Position numbers and translations under genes: made by a program. Positions 1 to 12,207 of a stretch of 45,924 nucleotides of DNA are shown here, in pieces. Origin of the DNA: Basidioascus undulatus (lineage: Eukaryota). The notes under the pieces are model-generated. The model was not told the origin of the DNA. It saw only the letters and a list, made by a program, of their open reading frames with translations, and did no database searches. The DNA lies in the NCBI GenBank assembly GCA_000826855.1, contig JTLS01000021.1:1-45924 (forward strand), in the 5' to 3' direction. Position 1 is the first letter of the stretch. The number at the start of each line of letters is the position of its first letter.

Positions 1-515
1 CCCCCATCCAACGCCCGGTTCGCAAGCTGACCTCCGGGAGACGGGACGAGCAGATCACCTTCCTCCTCATCTCCGCCGTGCGCCTCTCCGAGGCCTTCCT
101 CCCCTCCCCACAAGCGTACCACGACCTCCTCGTGCGCCTCTTCCCCTCCCTCCCTCCTCCTCAGCTCACCCCCTCCCACCGTACGCAGTTCCACCTCCTC
201 CGCGCCCCCTCTCTTCCCTCGACACCCCTCACGCCCGCCCCACCCTCGCTCCGTGCGCTCACGCAGCTGACCTCCGCCCTCGCTTCTCGCTTGCCGGAGG
301 AGATCCGCGATGTCGATGATGTGATGCGCGCGATCGCTGACGCGACTTCTTCCGGGGACTTGCTGGAAGGTGGGGTGGGGGATCAGGGGGAGGTGAGGGT
401 TCCTGGGTTGGGGGAGGAGCCTATGAGGTGCGGAGAGGAGGTGGATGCGGGCCCCGGGGTCAGGGGGTTCACGAGGTGGGCGTGTGCGGATGGGTTGGCG
501 TTGATGCCTGTTTGA
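1..515 (+). CDS. 3' end of an ARMH3/C10orf76 (DUF1741)-like protein, 5'-partial, spliced
   Basis: Acceptor gctgac...cag at 53, then ITFLLISAVRLSEAFLPSPQAYHDLL, an intron (gtgcgc 132 to cag 189), then FHLLRA...DVDDVMRAIA...FTRWACADGLALMPV*. FLPSPxxYxxL recalls the ARMH3 C-terminal domain. Assignment is from memory, not a search. Confidence 0.5.
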   Translation, partial: PIQRPVRKLTSGRRDEQITFLLISAVRLSEAFLPSPQAYHDLLVRLFPSLPPPQLTPSHRTQFHLLRAPSLPSTPLTPAPPSLRALTQLTSALASRLPEEIRDVDDVMRAIADATSSGDLLEGGVGDQGEVRVPGLGEEPMRCGEEVDAGPGVRGFTRWACADGLALMPV

Positions 516-3096
516 GGGGACTTGCGAGTCGCTCTGCGGGCTCTGTTTGGAATCCGGAATCGCAGCTGCAACTTGCCGTCATGTATACCGTCGGAGTGCG
601 GTCTTGACTGCGTTATTGATGGGCCTGAAGGTGCGAAGATGCCTTGCTTGTTATCTCGCCTGCTATGGGAAAGGGGTCGCGAGGTACTCTCAGGCCTGGG
701 GTGTTCGATCCCACTCCTGCGGAGCTGGTGGGTAGAGCTAGGCTGTATGAGACAATTGGAGTATGGCGGACAGTATACACTTTCCTTTGCTCGCTTTTAT
801 TCTGGTTTTACATGAGCGTATCGTAGTCGCAACATTGGGTGTCGGGCAATAGTCACGAGCGTCGCGCTCGGTTGCTATCCGGATCGCACCCGGGCTGTCA
901 GACCGTCCCTGACACTGAGCCTGCAGAGCTCGCGACAACTGAAAAAATGTCTTCCACGTCCTGATCTCGCATGATACTTGCATTGCGTGGTTGGATGGCT
1001 GCGAAGCACATCCCCGGCGGTGTGGTTCAGCTGAATTCGACGCAACTCACCGTCCGTCAGTGAATGCGCCGGTTTTGGATGCAGCACTCCAGAGTCGCCT
1101 CAGTAGTGCACTTTTAAAAACATGTTGTTGCGTTATTTCGCGCCCCGCCCTGGGCTACTGGGGTGGGATTGGTGGGATATTCTGATAAGAGGTTGGGGCT
1201 CGCTGAAACAAGGGTGTCACCGCTTTCGCACACCACAGGCCTAATCTTATTCGTTCATTTTTAAACAATCCTCTTAACAGGACTCGAAACCCCACCCAAA
1301 ACGTACCTGAGCTAATAGAAGCACTGCCAGGCGAGTCGAAGCCGGGCTGAAGTACTCCACTGGCAGCGTGGCTGGACCTGGCGTAAAATCGTTGGCGCGT
1401 TCAACGACCGGAACGCGTACCGAAACTTTCAATAAATAATTCATTTATTTCAAGCTCGCCTTTTCTAATGCCCAGATTGCTCCGCCTCACGTACACCATT
1501 ACGACTGACACGCATGACGCCGCCTGCGCCGTTGTCCTAGCAGACAGCGCGCCTGGGCCGAGTGAGCGACATTTTGGTCGTTCCTCGCTCGAAGTCGCGA
1601 CAGTGCTGGAGAATATCACGTGCAATGTTGCGCCCGTGGTTGGGGAGAAGTCGTAACCATGGCCCGTCGAATGGCCATGCTGGCGTCTGGGATGTTCACA
1701 AAAGGCAAGGGGCGCGACCAAAAGAGTGCGCGCCACCGCTTTATGTGTTCCCCTCACCTCAGGTTACGCAGCTCGGTGACACTGCGATCCAAGACCGGAG
1801 CAGGGGTAGGTGAGCGGAATTCCGGGGCAGGTTAGTGACCATAACCACCCGACGGACTTGGGGCGACTGGGGTTCGACATGAGCAGCCGGTGGTACCAGA
1901 TGTTGATGAGCACTCGCAGCGCCGAGGGAACTAGAGGGACGAAGCCAGGATAATGGGCACCCGAAGGGTAAAGTCCGTACCCCAGAAAGGGGAGAAGATG
2001 GTGGAGTACTGAGGTACCACCGGGAAAACAGGGAACCAGCGAAGACAACGCGCTGCGCTGGGGCATCCGGCAAAAAGAAAGGAGTGCACAGAGGCACCCG
2101 AAAAGAGTCGGCTCGTGATGCTGAAAGGAAATTCGGAAGGGAGGCCAAACCCCAAAAGAAGAACGAAGTGCTCAGGCACTGAAGCAGACGGACGAGCGGT
2201 AGTGCGCCAGAGGCACCCCGTACTCGAAACGAGGGAAGGAATCCGAGCTCTGGGAGCAGCGACGAAAATATATGAAGGGATGAGAGCAAGTGGCGATGTG
2301 GGGCAGAGAGAAAGAGGGGACACGACGCCGCGAGGGGAAAAAGGCGGGTGCGGAACCAGATAAAGGACGAGGAATGGCACGCACGATGTGCTGAACCTCG
2401 AGTGCCACCTCCCATGTCAGAGCAAGTCCAGGCATTTCGGTAGAAGTTGTAACTAAACCGAAACAAATGCAGCCATTTTAGGCATGGAAGCCCGGCGATT
2501 GTCGTGATACTGCCAAACATGCCCTACAGCCATGCCGTCCAAAGATGTAGGAATTGTAGAATACTGCAATAATGCGTCTTGGGCATTCCGCCGTTAAATG
2601 TAGACAGCCAACAGAGTCTGCTGGGGCAAGCAGCTTTTGAAGAGCGGACGGCCTTGGCGGAGCACCCTGGGCCTGACCATGCCTTTCTCGAAGGACCGGC
2701 AGGTTGAGAAAAAGCTAGATACAGAGTCTCGAAAGGAGAAAGGTCACCTCTAAACTTTCTAGGAGGCAAGGCATCTCGAGGAACTCGGCGACCTGTCAAT
2801 TCTGTATGTTGTCGCTGTGCGAGGCAACATGACTCCGGCTCGCGTCCGATGTGGACACAAGAACAGTTGTTGTCTAGCAGTTAGTTGTCGTCCTGCTTTA
2901 AAAGTTGATTTCTTCTGTTATTATGCTCGATAGGCGTACAGGAATCAAATGAAGTTCTGTTTCAAACGAGGCGGAACGATTTCGCGAGCTCGATACCGCA
3001 TGTTTCGGATCTTACTGTAGCGGCTCCGTCATTTCCACGCAGCTCGACTCTCTCGTCTTATCCCACACGAGGCTAAAGTCACTTCGGTTTACAGCC

Positions 3097-6068
3097 ATGG
3101 CGAAAACGGCCGATAACATCGACGGGCAGCCTGACGGCGGCCTGAGCAAGAGCCGTTACGCGGAGAGGAAGCGCAAGCTCATGAAGATGGTGCGGGAGAT
3201 GAGGAGCACCGCGTGAGGATTCATGTGCTTGGATACAGCGACAACGTTGCTCATTCGCGGAGTACAAAGCGCCCAGCTCACATCGACATTCCTCAGATCG
3301 TCGTCATAGGCAATAGAGTGCTGGGGTAAGCTCGTGCTCGATTCTGGACCATTAAAAGTTCCATTGCCTAATTTGGTATTCTCGTCAGAAATCCTCGGTT
3401 ATAGATCAGCATAATTTCTGTTCTGCGCTCGAGTTCCAGATCTGCGCACCGGCTGCACACATGCTAAGCAACTCAACGGTCTTTCCGTTGGTCGATGTAG
3501 CTGCCCTACGAAGGTCAACTTGACTTCTTCCGAGTCCGGGCAACCCGGGAAGTGTCAGATCTCCCTCCGCCTGGAGTACGACGATCTCGCCGTGGAGGCG
3601 TTCGACTTTGGGCCAAGCGTTTCGGAGCCTGCTGCGGTCGAAGACCTCATTCGGCGGGCGCATCAAGCCATCCTCTATCCAGAGGGGCGCCTCGAAGGAC
3701 TTCCAGAAGTGGGTCCATGGCGACCTCGAGCAGCTCATCAAGCAGGCGAGGCAGCGCACCACCGCAGTGTCGTTTTCGATGAATATTTGGTGTGCCTGCA
3801 TATTTCAAGCCCGGACGAAACGGACCTTTGCTTGATCGACTTTCCTGGTGAGTAAATCAGCATAAATTTTCAACAGATTGTGGCTAAGTTGCTGCTTCGT
3901 ATGCATGATCTCCAGCGGGCCGGAGGAAGACATCGAGCTCATCCGGTCCATGGTGTCCTCGCGGATTGCCAGTCATTGCCTGATTTTCGTCACTCTGAGC
4001 ATGTCAGGTGCGCTATTGCTCAGTATGAGCTTCAGTATCTCGAAACTGAACATACGTTGCAGATGGTCTGGAAAACTCCGGCGCTCGTCAGCTCGCCAAG
4101 GAAGCTGATCCCGACGGTAGGCGAACCATCGGTGCGTCCATACAATTCAACTGGAAGCCAAAAGCACATTATGAACAAATTGCTGAATTTGCGAAGTGAC
4201 CAGGGGTTCTTACGAAGCCTGACAGGGTTCAAGAGGAGGACCATCAGCCGTGGATCGAGGTTCTTACAAACCGGAAGCATCCTCTCCGCCACGGCTATTT
4301 CGTCGTATGGCATCGGCGGCGGCAGACCTCAAGAAATGAACGAGCTGGCACGACGCCCGCAAGAAGGAGAACGAGAACTTTGAGCAGAGCAAGTCTAGGC
4401 TGCGGCGGGCTCTCGGAGGGGGAGCAAGAGCCTCACCGGCCTTCTCAGCAACCTGCTCACTCAGCTCATCAATGAAAGGCATGTCGGCCGTTCCACTTGT
4501 ACCAAATCAGTGTCATTCTCACAAGGGCAGGGAGCTTCCACAGGCTGCCCCATCTACGCGCAGAGCTCGCAAGCTCTTGCAAGACGCGAGGGCAGCACTC
4601 AAGGAACTTCCCCCTCCGGCGTCAGATGATCCTGCGTCCCAGATTCTCGAACTGATCAACACTTTCGCGAGCGACATTCAACAGGACATCAAGGGCCCGT
4701 CGGTCAAAGCGGAGCTCATCCAAGAAATGAACGGTTCGCAAGAGACTTGCGCCTGCGACATCAGACGTACCGTCCCTCGCTTTCGCCCATTCTCAAGGGC
4801 GGAAAGGGAGCAGGATGACGAGAAGCAGCTCAACGGGAGCAACGGCTAAAAAGCCCCTTTGCACGGTGCATTTGCCGGAACCCGAGTTTTTATGGATGAT
4901 CTGATTGACGACGAGGAGACAGCAGATTACCCGGAGCTTGCTCTTGACGATGTTCGGAAGCATATCAAGAAGTGCGTTCGGTTCCCTTTGCGGCTGCGCG
5001 ACGTGACGCCCGTTCTTGGATGACGATCTCTTCGCACAGGTCTCTCACCCGAGAGCTTCCTACAATGTGCCGTTCTCGTCGAAAGTTTCTGACCTCCAAG
5101 TTCGTGAAAAATTGGCAAGAGCCGTCACTCGAATGCTTCGGTCGCTTCGCGAATGCGCTGCAGGTTCACGTCAACCGAGTGGTTCCCATCTACTTTGGTC
5201 GCTTTAACTATGGCGGTCTTGCTTCTGCGGTCGAGTTAGTGTTCCCATACAGATATACCCTGGAGTCGAAGCCGACGCACACCCGTAGAGCCTCGCTCGC
5301 GAAGCAGATGGACACTGTGCGTGCAAACGTGGAAAGACCGCGTGCGACACCTAATCGAGCTGGAGCGCACGCCTGCGACACTCAACAGCCAGTCATTATT
5401 TTACGGAATAGAACGTACAAATCATTTTTGCTTTCAAACGCGCCTTCCATTGAAGTTGGTTGCTTTGCAGAAGATGTCACTGGCGCACTACAAGGAGTTT
5501 CGCGCAAAACACGAACGATCCACGGCGTCGGCGACAGACCCAACTAAGCTCAACGAAGTTCTTGCCGGGTTGTCCGGGCTCGGTTACCCTGTTCAGAACG
5601 AGAAGGATCTCGCGAAGCTGCGTGGGGCCGACGAGTGGGAGCAAGAGTTGCAAGTCTGTGCGCAAGTTCGGCTTACTTTCAGGTACCGTACAAAGTACGT
5701 GTTTCCAAGTCAATGTATTGCAATTTGGAAGAAGGCACAAGTGTTCATCCACAGGGCGTGGTCGACACGGTACCCATGGAGATCGACTACTCGCTTGTCA
5801 GAGCCTTCGGCCGCAATGTGCAAGGGACTCTCACCTCAAACCTCCATCTGGCCGATCCGGAGGGGCGTCAGCGTTGCAACGACTTTGTGGCTTAGGACCC
5901 AGACATTACCGTGCGTGTTATGTTTCTCAATACCTGTGGCAAGATACGCCCTTGACTAACATACTTGTTCGGACATCGCAAAACGAACGCGACGACTTGA
6001 AGGCAAAGATCCTGCTCCTTCAGACCGCGCAGTCTGCTTTGCTTGGGTTCCAAACTGGCGACACATGA
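3097..6068 (+). pseudogene. Dynamin-family (Mx/Vps1-like) GTPase pseudogene
   Basis: ATG at 3097 gives MAKTADNIDG...YAERKRKLMKMVREMRS. G1 region IDIPQIVVIGN-(Q)SAG/KSS is frameshifted. G3 is DLCLIDFPG and G4 region is ADPDGRRTIG/VLTKPD, followed by HPLRHGYF, RELP-YNVPF and AYFQV. Several 1-nt deletions and in-frame stops (TAA 4847-4849, TAG 5893-5895). Confidence 0.85.
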
Positions 6069-6290
6069 GGGGGTCTTGGATCAAAGATATGAATGAACGA
6101 TAGATGTGAAATGAAGTCCGAAATATCATGAATGTGTTGGTCGTGTTATGCAAGGATTGGCGAACTGCGACTGTGGCCTCAGATGCGTGTAGGTCCTCTC
6201 ATAACGCAGTCACTCTGTGCAGCACCCACCGGTGAAATACTCAATTTTGTCAGTTTGAATACGTATAATGAGTTTAGCGCCTATGAGGAT

Positions 6291-6876
6291 TTATCATCGT
6301 CAAGGTGATAATGGGCTGAGTGAGCGCGACGGGGTTTTTTTATTTATTTCGCAAGGCGTGCAACACACTGGCGGTCTGCTCGTCAGTAGCCGAGATGATA
6401 TACTTAGAAGCCCAAAGTAGTCTTACCGAATCACCAATGTCCACGCTGGCAACAAGCAGTGAAAGACCAGTAACGTAACAAGACTCTCGCCGTTGGCCCG
6501 CAGGACCGAAAGACCTCTCCGCGGATACTTGTACGAGTCCGGTCCAGACAAGCACGCTTTCGAATGAGAACTTTAGTCATAGACTACCTCCAACAAGAGC
6601 TGCACTGGCAGCTGGAAACGAAAGAAAACGCTTGGAAGAGAAAGACAGTCGGGGAGCCGTGGCGCTGAACGGTATTCGCCGCCTGTCAACCGCGCACTTC
6701 GATATCTTCGTTATCTCTGGCCCTCTTCGAGCCAATGCCCTTGCTCATGAATATCTTTCGTGATAAGGCATGCTCGGCATCGCTCACAAATGCCCACTGC
6801 GCCATGCCGTCTGTCGATCATTAGCAGGAGAGGACAGAGAGTTCAGGGCTCGAACGAGCATGCGAGGTTCTTATCG
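6291..6876 (+). promoter_or_regulatory. Nitrite reductase upstream region with clustered GATA (AreA/NIT2-type) sites and a NirA-consensus site
   Basis: HGATAA on either strand at 6291, 6306, 6711, 6761 and 6871. CTCCGCGG at 6517-6524 matches the Aspergillus NirA consensus CTCCGHGG. CCAAT at about 6732. Confidence 0.55.
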
Positions 6877-7032
6877 CAGCCAGCCCGCCTTTTCAGTCTT
6901 CCAGAGCCCAACGTCCTCTCCTTCTGAATCCCTTCATCTCACCTCAACTGCAAACCACACCCTTCTATATTCCATATTCAATTAAATCCCTCGCCGCGGC
7001 TTTCCCAACCGTAGGCCTCTCGCATAGACAGG

Positions 7033-10000
7033 ATGGCTCCTGATGTGGGCGCGGACATGACGAACGCCTCCGGGTCGCCTGTCAAGCGGGTGCTCGTCGT
7101 TGGCTTTGGCATGGTGCGTATTTCCTGATATTATCGGTATAGCTGTCGAAGTTTGGCAACTCACATAAACTGGGGCGGGACGGTGGCGACAGGTGGGAAT
7201 CGCGTTTGTCGAGAAGCTGTTGAAAATGGACGAAGACGATCAATATGTCATTACCATCGTTGGCGACGAGCCTCACATCGCTTACAATCGTGTAAGCCAC
7301 AAGATCCTGGGAAAATTTTGGAGGCATTAAAGGGTCTGAATGCTGAAGTGCCTTCTCTTCACAGGTCGGCCTCACTCAATACTTCCTTTCTCGCTCGGTC
7401 GAAGAACTTCACATCAACCCGCTTGACTGGTGCGCCACCGCTGAAGCTCATTGTGGCCATGGTGACAAAACTCACCAGATGTTTCCATATTTTAGGTACA
7501 CCAGTCACAAACCAGGCAAGCTTACCTACTACACCGGCGACGAAGTGGTTGCGCTCGAAACAGTCGGTCACGTCGCGCACACTGCCTCCGGACGCCCTCT
7601 TCATTACGACATCTGCGTTCTGGTCACTGGCTCTCACGGCGCACTACCACCGTACGTGTCCTGGGAACGTGCTGTAAAGACGGACGGTGTATTTGTCTAC
7701 CGCAACATCAAAGGTGCGGGGTAGCAACGTAGTTGGGCGTGAAAATCTTGCCGTGATGCTGATGAACTGTGCCTTGATGATGTACAGACTTGGACGGCAT
7801 GATCGCCTACGCTCAGAGCGGGAAAGTCAAGCGCGCCGCGGTCGTTGGCGGTGGCTTGTTGGGTTTGGAGGCGGCCAAGGCGCTGCTGGACCTGGAGACT
7901 GTCCCGAAGGTACAGTTCCTGCCTTTCCTTGGTCCCATCTGACGAGAAAATCTGACCATTTTATTGCGTCTTCAACAGGTCACCCTCGTCGAGCGCAACA
8001 AGTGGGTCCTCTCGCGGCAACTGGATGAGGCGGCCGGCAACCTAGTCCTCGACCAAGTGCGCGCCCTCGGCGTCGAGGTCCTCCTCCAGACGCGTATTCG
8101 GGATCTCAACGTCTCTTCTGATGTCATCCAAGCCTTTGCTCTCGAGTCCGGCGAAGATTATGACGTAGACATGATCGTTTTCGCGTGGGTGCGGTCTTTC
8201 CTTTGGACGCAAGCGCAGGAACTGAAGCACGCCAGATGAATTAATGGCACAGCGTTGGTATCAAGGCTCGCGACGAGCTTGCTGAGAGGAGCGGTCTTGA
8301 GAAGGATCCGCGGGGTGGCTTCAAGGTTGACGATGAGCTCCGCACCAATGCTCCTGATGGTGAGTGGCCTCATCTGCTGTGGCACACACCGGGCGCCTGC
8401 TGACCTTTCGGTCCCTGTCAGTCTACGCTATCGGCGAGTGCGCGTCCTGGCGGGGTAATACTTTTGGTCTGATCGCCCCAGGCGTCGAAATGGCCGACGT
8501 CCTCGCTGCCAACTTGACCTACGCACCGAGCCACAAGATCCGCAAGATGACCTATCCGGACTTGTCGACCAAGCTGAAGCTCATGGTGCGCGATATTCAT
8601 CATGCTCTCCTCCAATGCTGTCTGAACTGGCACCTCTCTCTTTAGGGCGTCAACGTCGCGTCGTTCGGCGACTACTTTGCCGACAAGGACCCTAGCAAAG
8701 CGCTGAAGGGCTGCTCAGCGAAGATTGGACCGAAGCGGGTGGAGATCGGCTCAGAGATCAAGGTGCGAACATTTAAATCCTCCTCAGTTGGTCCAGAAAA
8801 CTGACGAAGGCGACACGTGGATCAGGACTCGAACATCCCCGAACAGCCGCAAGTGCAGGCCTTGACCTACCGCGATCCTTTCTCAAACACCTACAAGAAG
8901 GTGAGTTGATCCGGACGATTATCCCTGGAATTCAAGTGCTGAATACTTTACACATTGAAGTACCTCTTCACGGCGGACGGCAAGTACGTGCTCGGCGGCA
9001 TGATGATCGGCGACGTCTCCGACTACCTGAAACTAGTAGGGCTGGTCAAGAAGGGTGTACGTGTATTGCGCATCGGGGTTTGTTCGCTCGTCCAACTCAC
9101 TGTCGTGAATATTCTGCAGAGACCTCTGGAGGTGGCCCCCGGAGAGCTCATCATGGCTGCAAAGAAGGAGGGCGAAGAAGACGGCGACGCTCTGGACGAC
9201 GAAGCGCAGGTTGGTCATGTCTCCTTGATCAACCACAACACAACTCAAGCTTGCGAAACAGATTTGCTCCTGCCACAACGTGAGCAAGGGCCAGATCGAT
9301 GCGTGCGTCAAGGAGGGTGCCAAGAGCTTGGGCGAGATCAAGGCGAAGACCAAGTGCGGTGCCGGCTGCGGTGGCTGCGTTCCTCTGGCGATGAGCTTGG
9401 TATGCATCTTCCGTTCTCCATGAGGTAAAGATGAGCTAACGTCCAAACCGGGTCCCAGTTCAACGCTGCTGTCAAGAGGAACGGCGGCGAGGTGTCGAAC
9501 CACCTGTGCGCGCACTTCCCCTACTCCCGTCAGGAGCTCTTCAACATCATCAAGTTCAAGAAGCTGTTAGTGTAGTTTCACAATTGCGTTCGGTCAATTT
9601 GGCTCATCAACATTTTGTTCCTACAGCATGAACTTTTCGATGGTCGCGAGCGCCGCTGCGAAGAACTCCAACACCATCGGCTGCGAAGGTGCGCTTCAAT
9701 TCTGAGTCAGTCATTGTTGGAAGCAGGCTGACGCCTGCTTCTAATTGCATCAGTCTGCAAGCCCGCCATCGCTTCCATCCTCTCCTCTTTGCGAAACGAG
9801 TTGATCATCGAGGATGAGCACCATCAGCTGCAAGACACGAACGACCGTTGGATGGCCAAGTAAGCATTCCTTCGGTGCGACTCCGTCCCTATTTCTAACG
9901 CTGACTCTTCTTGTACTTCAAAGCATCGTAAGGGACTGCTTTGCAGCATGTAGTATCGAATGTTGCTGATGCTTCGCTTTCATCTAGCAACGTGACGGTT

Positions 10001-12207
10001 CTTACAGTGTGGTTCCCCGCGTTCCCGCTGGTGAGGTACGGACCATTCTGTGATATTTTCAACTGCCTGCTGACGGAAAAATTCCCGCGACAGATCACCC
10101 CGGCTAAGCTCCGCGTTCTCGGCGAAGTGGCGGAGGACTACGGGCTCTACACCAAGATCACTGGTGGTCAGCGGATCGACCTCTGTGCGTTCATGTGTTT
10201 CCTCTTATGTCTGGGAATCATTTTAATGACTTCTGCTCTGCCATTTAGTCGGTGCACGTCGCCAAGACCTCCCGGACATCTGGGCCCGTCTGCTCGAGGC
10301 GGGCTTTGAGTCCGGACATGCGTACGGCAAGTCGCTGCGCACGGTCAAGAGCTGCGTCGGGTCGACGTGGTGCCGGGTGAGCTTTCATGCCTTAAGGTTC
10401 TTTGAACGACTGCTTAGGGGGTTCGCTGTTGCAGTACGGCATCGGTGACTCTGTCGGCGTCGCGGTGGAGCTCGAGGAGCGCTACAAGGGTATCCGTGCC
10501 CCGCACAAGTTCAAGGTGAGCTCCTGTCGAAGAAGACGCCTTATTGAAAAGATTACTCATCGACGACTTCTCTCTTGCAAGGGTGGTGTTTCTGGCTGTA
10601 TCCGCGAGTGCGCCGAAGCGCAGGCCAAGGACTTCGGTCTCATCGCGACGGACAAGGGCTGGAACGTATGTTGTTCCTTCTGACTCCTTCCCTCTCTTTC
10701 AAAGACCAACAAAGGTGTGATACAGCTCTTCGTGGGAGGCAACGGCGGTGCCAAGCCCGCTCACGCTCAGCTCAGTGCGTTTTCTTCGTAAATTTCACCA
10801 CGCGAGTCGACAGTCTCTTACGCTTGGTCTGCCACAGTCGCCAAGGACGTGCCGAAGCGGCAGGCCATCCGTATCCTCGACCGATTCATCATCTTCTAGT
10901 ACGTATTCCTGCTTCCCTCTCAATACCAACCGATCTGATGCTGTATGTGAGCACTGCAGCATCCGCTCGGCCGACCGCTTGCAGCGGACAGCACGCTGGG
11001 TTGAGTCGTTTCCTGGCGGCATCGATGTGCGTTTTGCTGTGATACTCTTCAGGCTCGAGTCACTTTTAACCTTTTTTTTCCGTGCTTAGGAGCTTCGCAA
11101 AATCATCATCAATGACTCGCTCGGCATCTGCGCCGACCTAGACCGCGAGGCGGACGAGCTCGTCGGGACCTTCCACGACGTAAGCATTGCACTCTCCACT
11201 TCTCCCTCCCTCGCACATCTGACCTCCTGTACTCCCAAAGGAGTGGCGCTCGGTCGTCGAGGACCCCTCCAAGCGCGCTAAGTTCATGCAGTTCGCGAAC
11301 ACGCAGGAGGCGCAGCCCGCGATCGAGATCATCTCCGAGCGCAACCAGAAGCGCCCCGCGGACTGGCCCAAGTCCATCGAGGCCGTCAAGTTCGCGCGGA
11401 CGGACGTCGACCCCACCGCGATTTGGGACTGGGTCAAGCTCGCGAAGATGTCGGACCTGGGTTCGGGCCAGGGCACGGCAAGCTGCACGGTCAAGTATGG
11501 CGGTGAGTTATGTTTCCTTACCGCCTGTGATCCTACGCTTGCAAAAACTGATTGTGGGGGATCTTCAGACGTTCAACTTGCAATCTTCCACGTCCCGGGA
11601 CGCGGCCTTTTTGCCTCGCAGCAGATGGTAAGGCACCCTCACGCTTCCTCGCTATTAGACAGCTTGCTGAAAGCCTCGACCAATTGTGCAGTGCCCGCAC
11701 AAGCGCACGTTCAGCCTGTCCGACGGGCTGGTGGGTGAGGATGCCCAAGGCCGGGAGTATGTTGCCTGCCCCTTCCACAAGGTGAGCTTCCACAAGCCAC
11801 GTTTCGCCTGGAGCGCAGTGCTCACCACCCCTTCATGCAGTACTCTTTCACTCTTTCCGCCAAGGACGGCGGCGAGTGTCTGAACGACGGCGAGTTCTCG
11901 GTGTGTCCCAAACTACTATTTTTATTAATTGGTTAGAATTCATGGCTAATCGGACGCCCCCGTGCAGATCATGACCTTTGAAGTCAAGGAGGAGGGCGGC
12001 GACATCTACCTGAGGCTGCCGCCGCAGGACGCGCTCGACATGGTCCTCGCGACGTCCAAGTGGATGATCCGGAAGAGCACGGAGGAGGTCCAGGCGCTCG
12101 GAGGGGACACTGAGAAGATCCACCTCGTTGCGCCGAAGGAGGACGCCGGCGACAGTGCGTGCGGCGAGGGCTGCAGCGGCGCCGGCAGATCGAAGCTCGA
12201 GTGGTGA
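7033..12207 (+). CDS. niiA: Assimilatory NAD(P)H nitrite reductase (FAD/NAD, BFD-like [2Fe-2S], siroheme-[4Fe-4S], Rieske domains), ~31 exons
   Basis: Spliced frame traced by hand: MAPDVG...KRVLVVGFGM/VGIAFVEK, AYNRVGLTQYF, VVGGGLLGLEAAK, YAIGECASW, ICSCHNV...CGAGCGGC, DRWMAN/I/QRDGSYSVVPR, KSCVGSTWCR/YG, GGVSGCIRECAE, CPHK...CPFHK, ending KLEW* at 12207. About 30 short GT-AG introns; no frameshift found. Confidence 0.97.

Noticed and set aside
2126..2140. GGAAATTCGG resembling RNase P RNA CR-I; also considered hammerhead ribozyme and telomerase RNA for this region
   Set aside because: No matching CR-V/P4 partner found, no CTGANGA...GAAA core, and no template of at least 8 nt complementary to TTAGGG repeats.
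1759..2520. 253-aa ORF on the minus strand
   Set aside because: F/L/S/P-rich translation expected from a pyrimidine-rich strand; no motif, no introns, no codon bias like the real genes.
7033..12207. Bacterial nirB-nirD operon or recent horizontal transfer
   Set aside because: It is a single fused fungal-type gene with about 30 spliceosomal introns.
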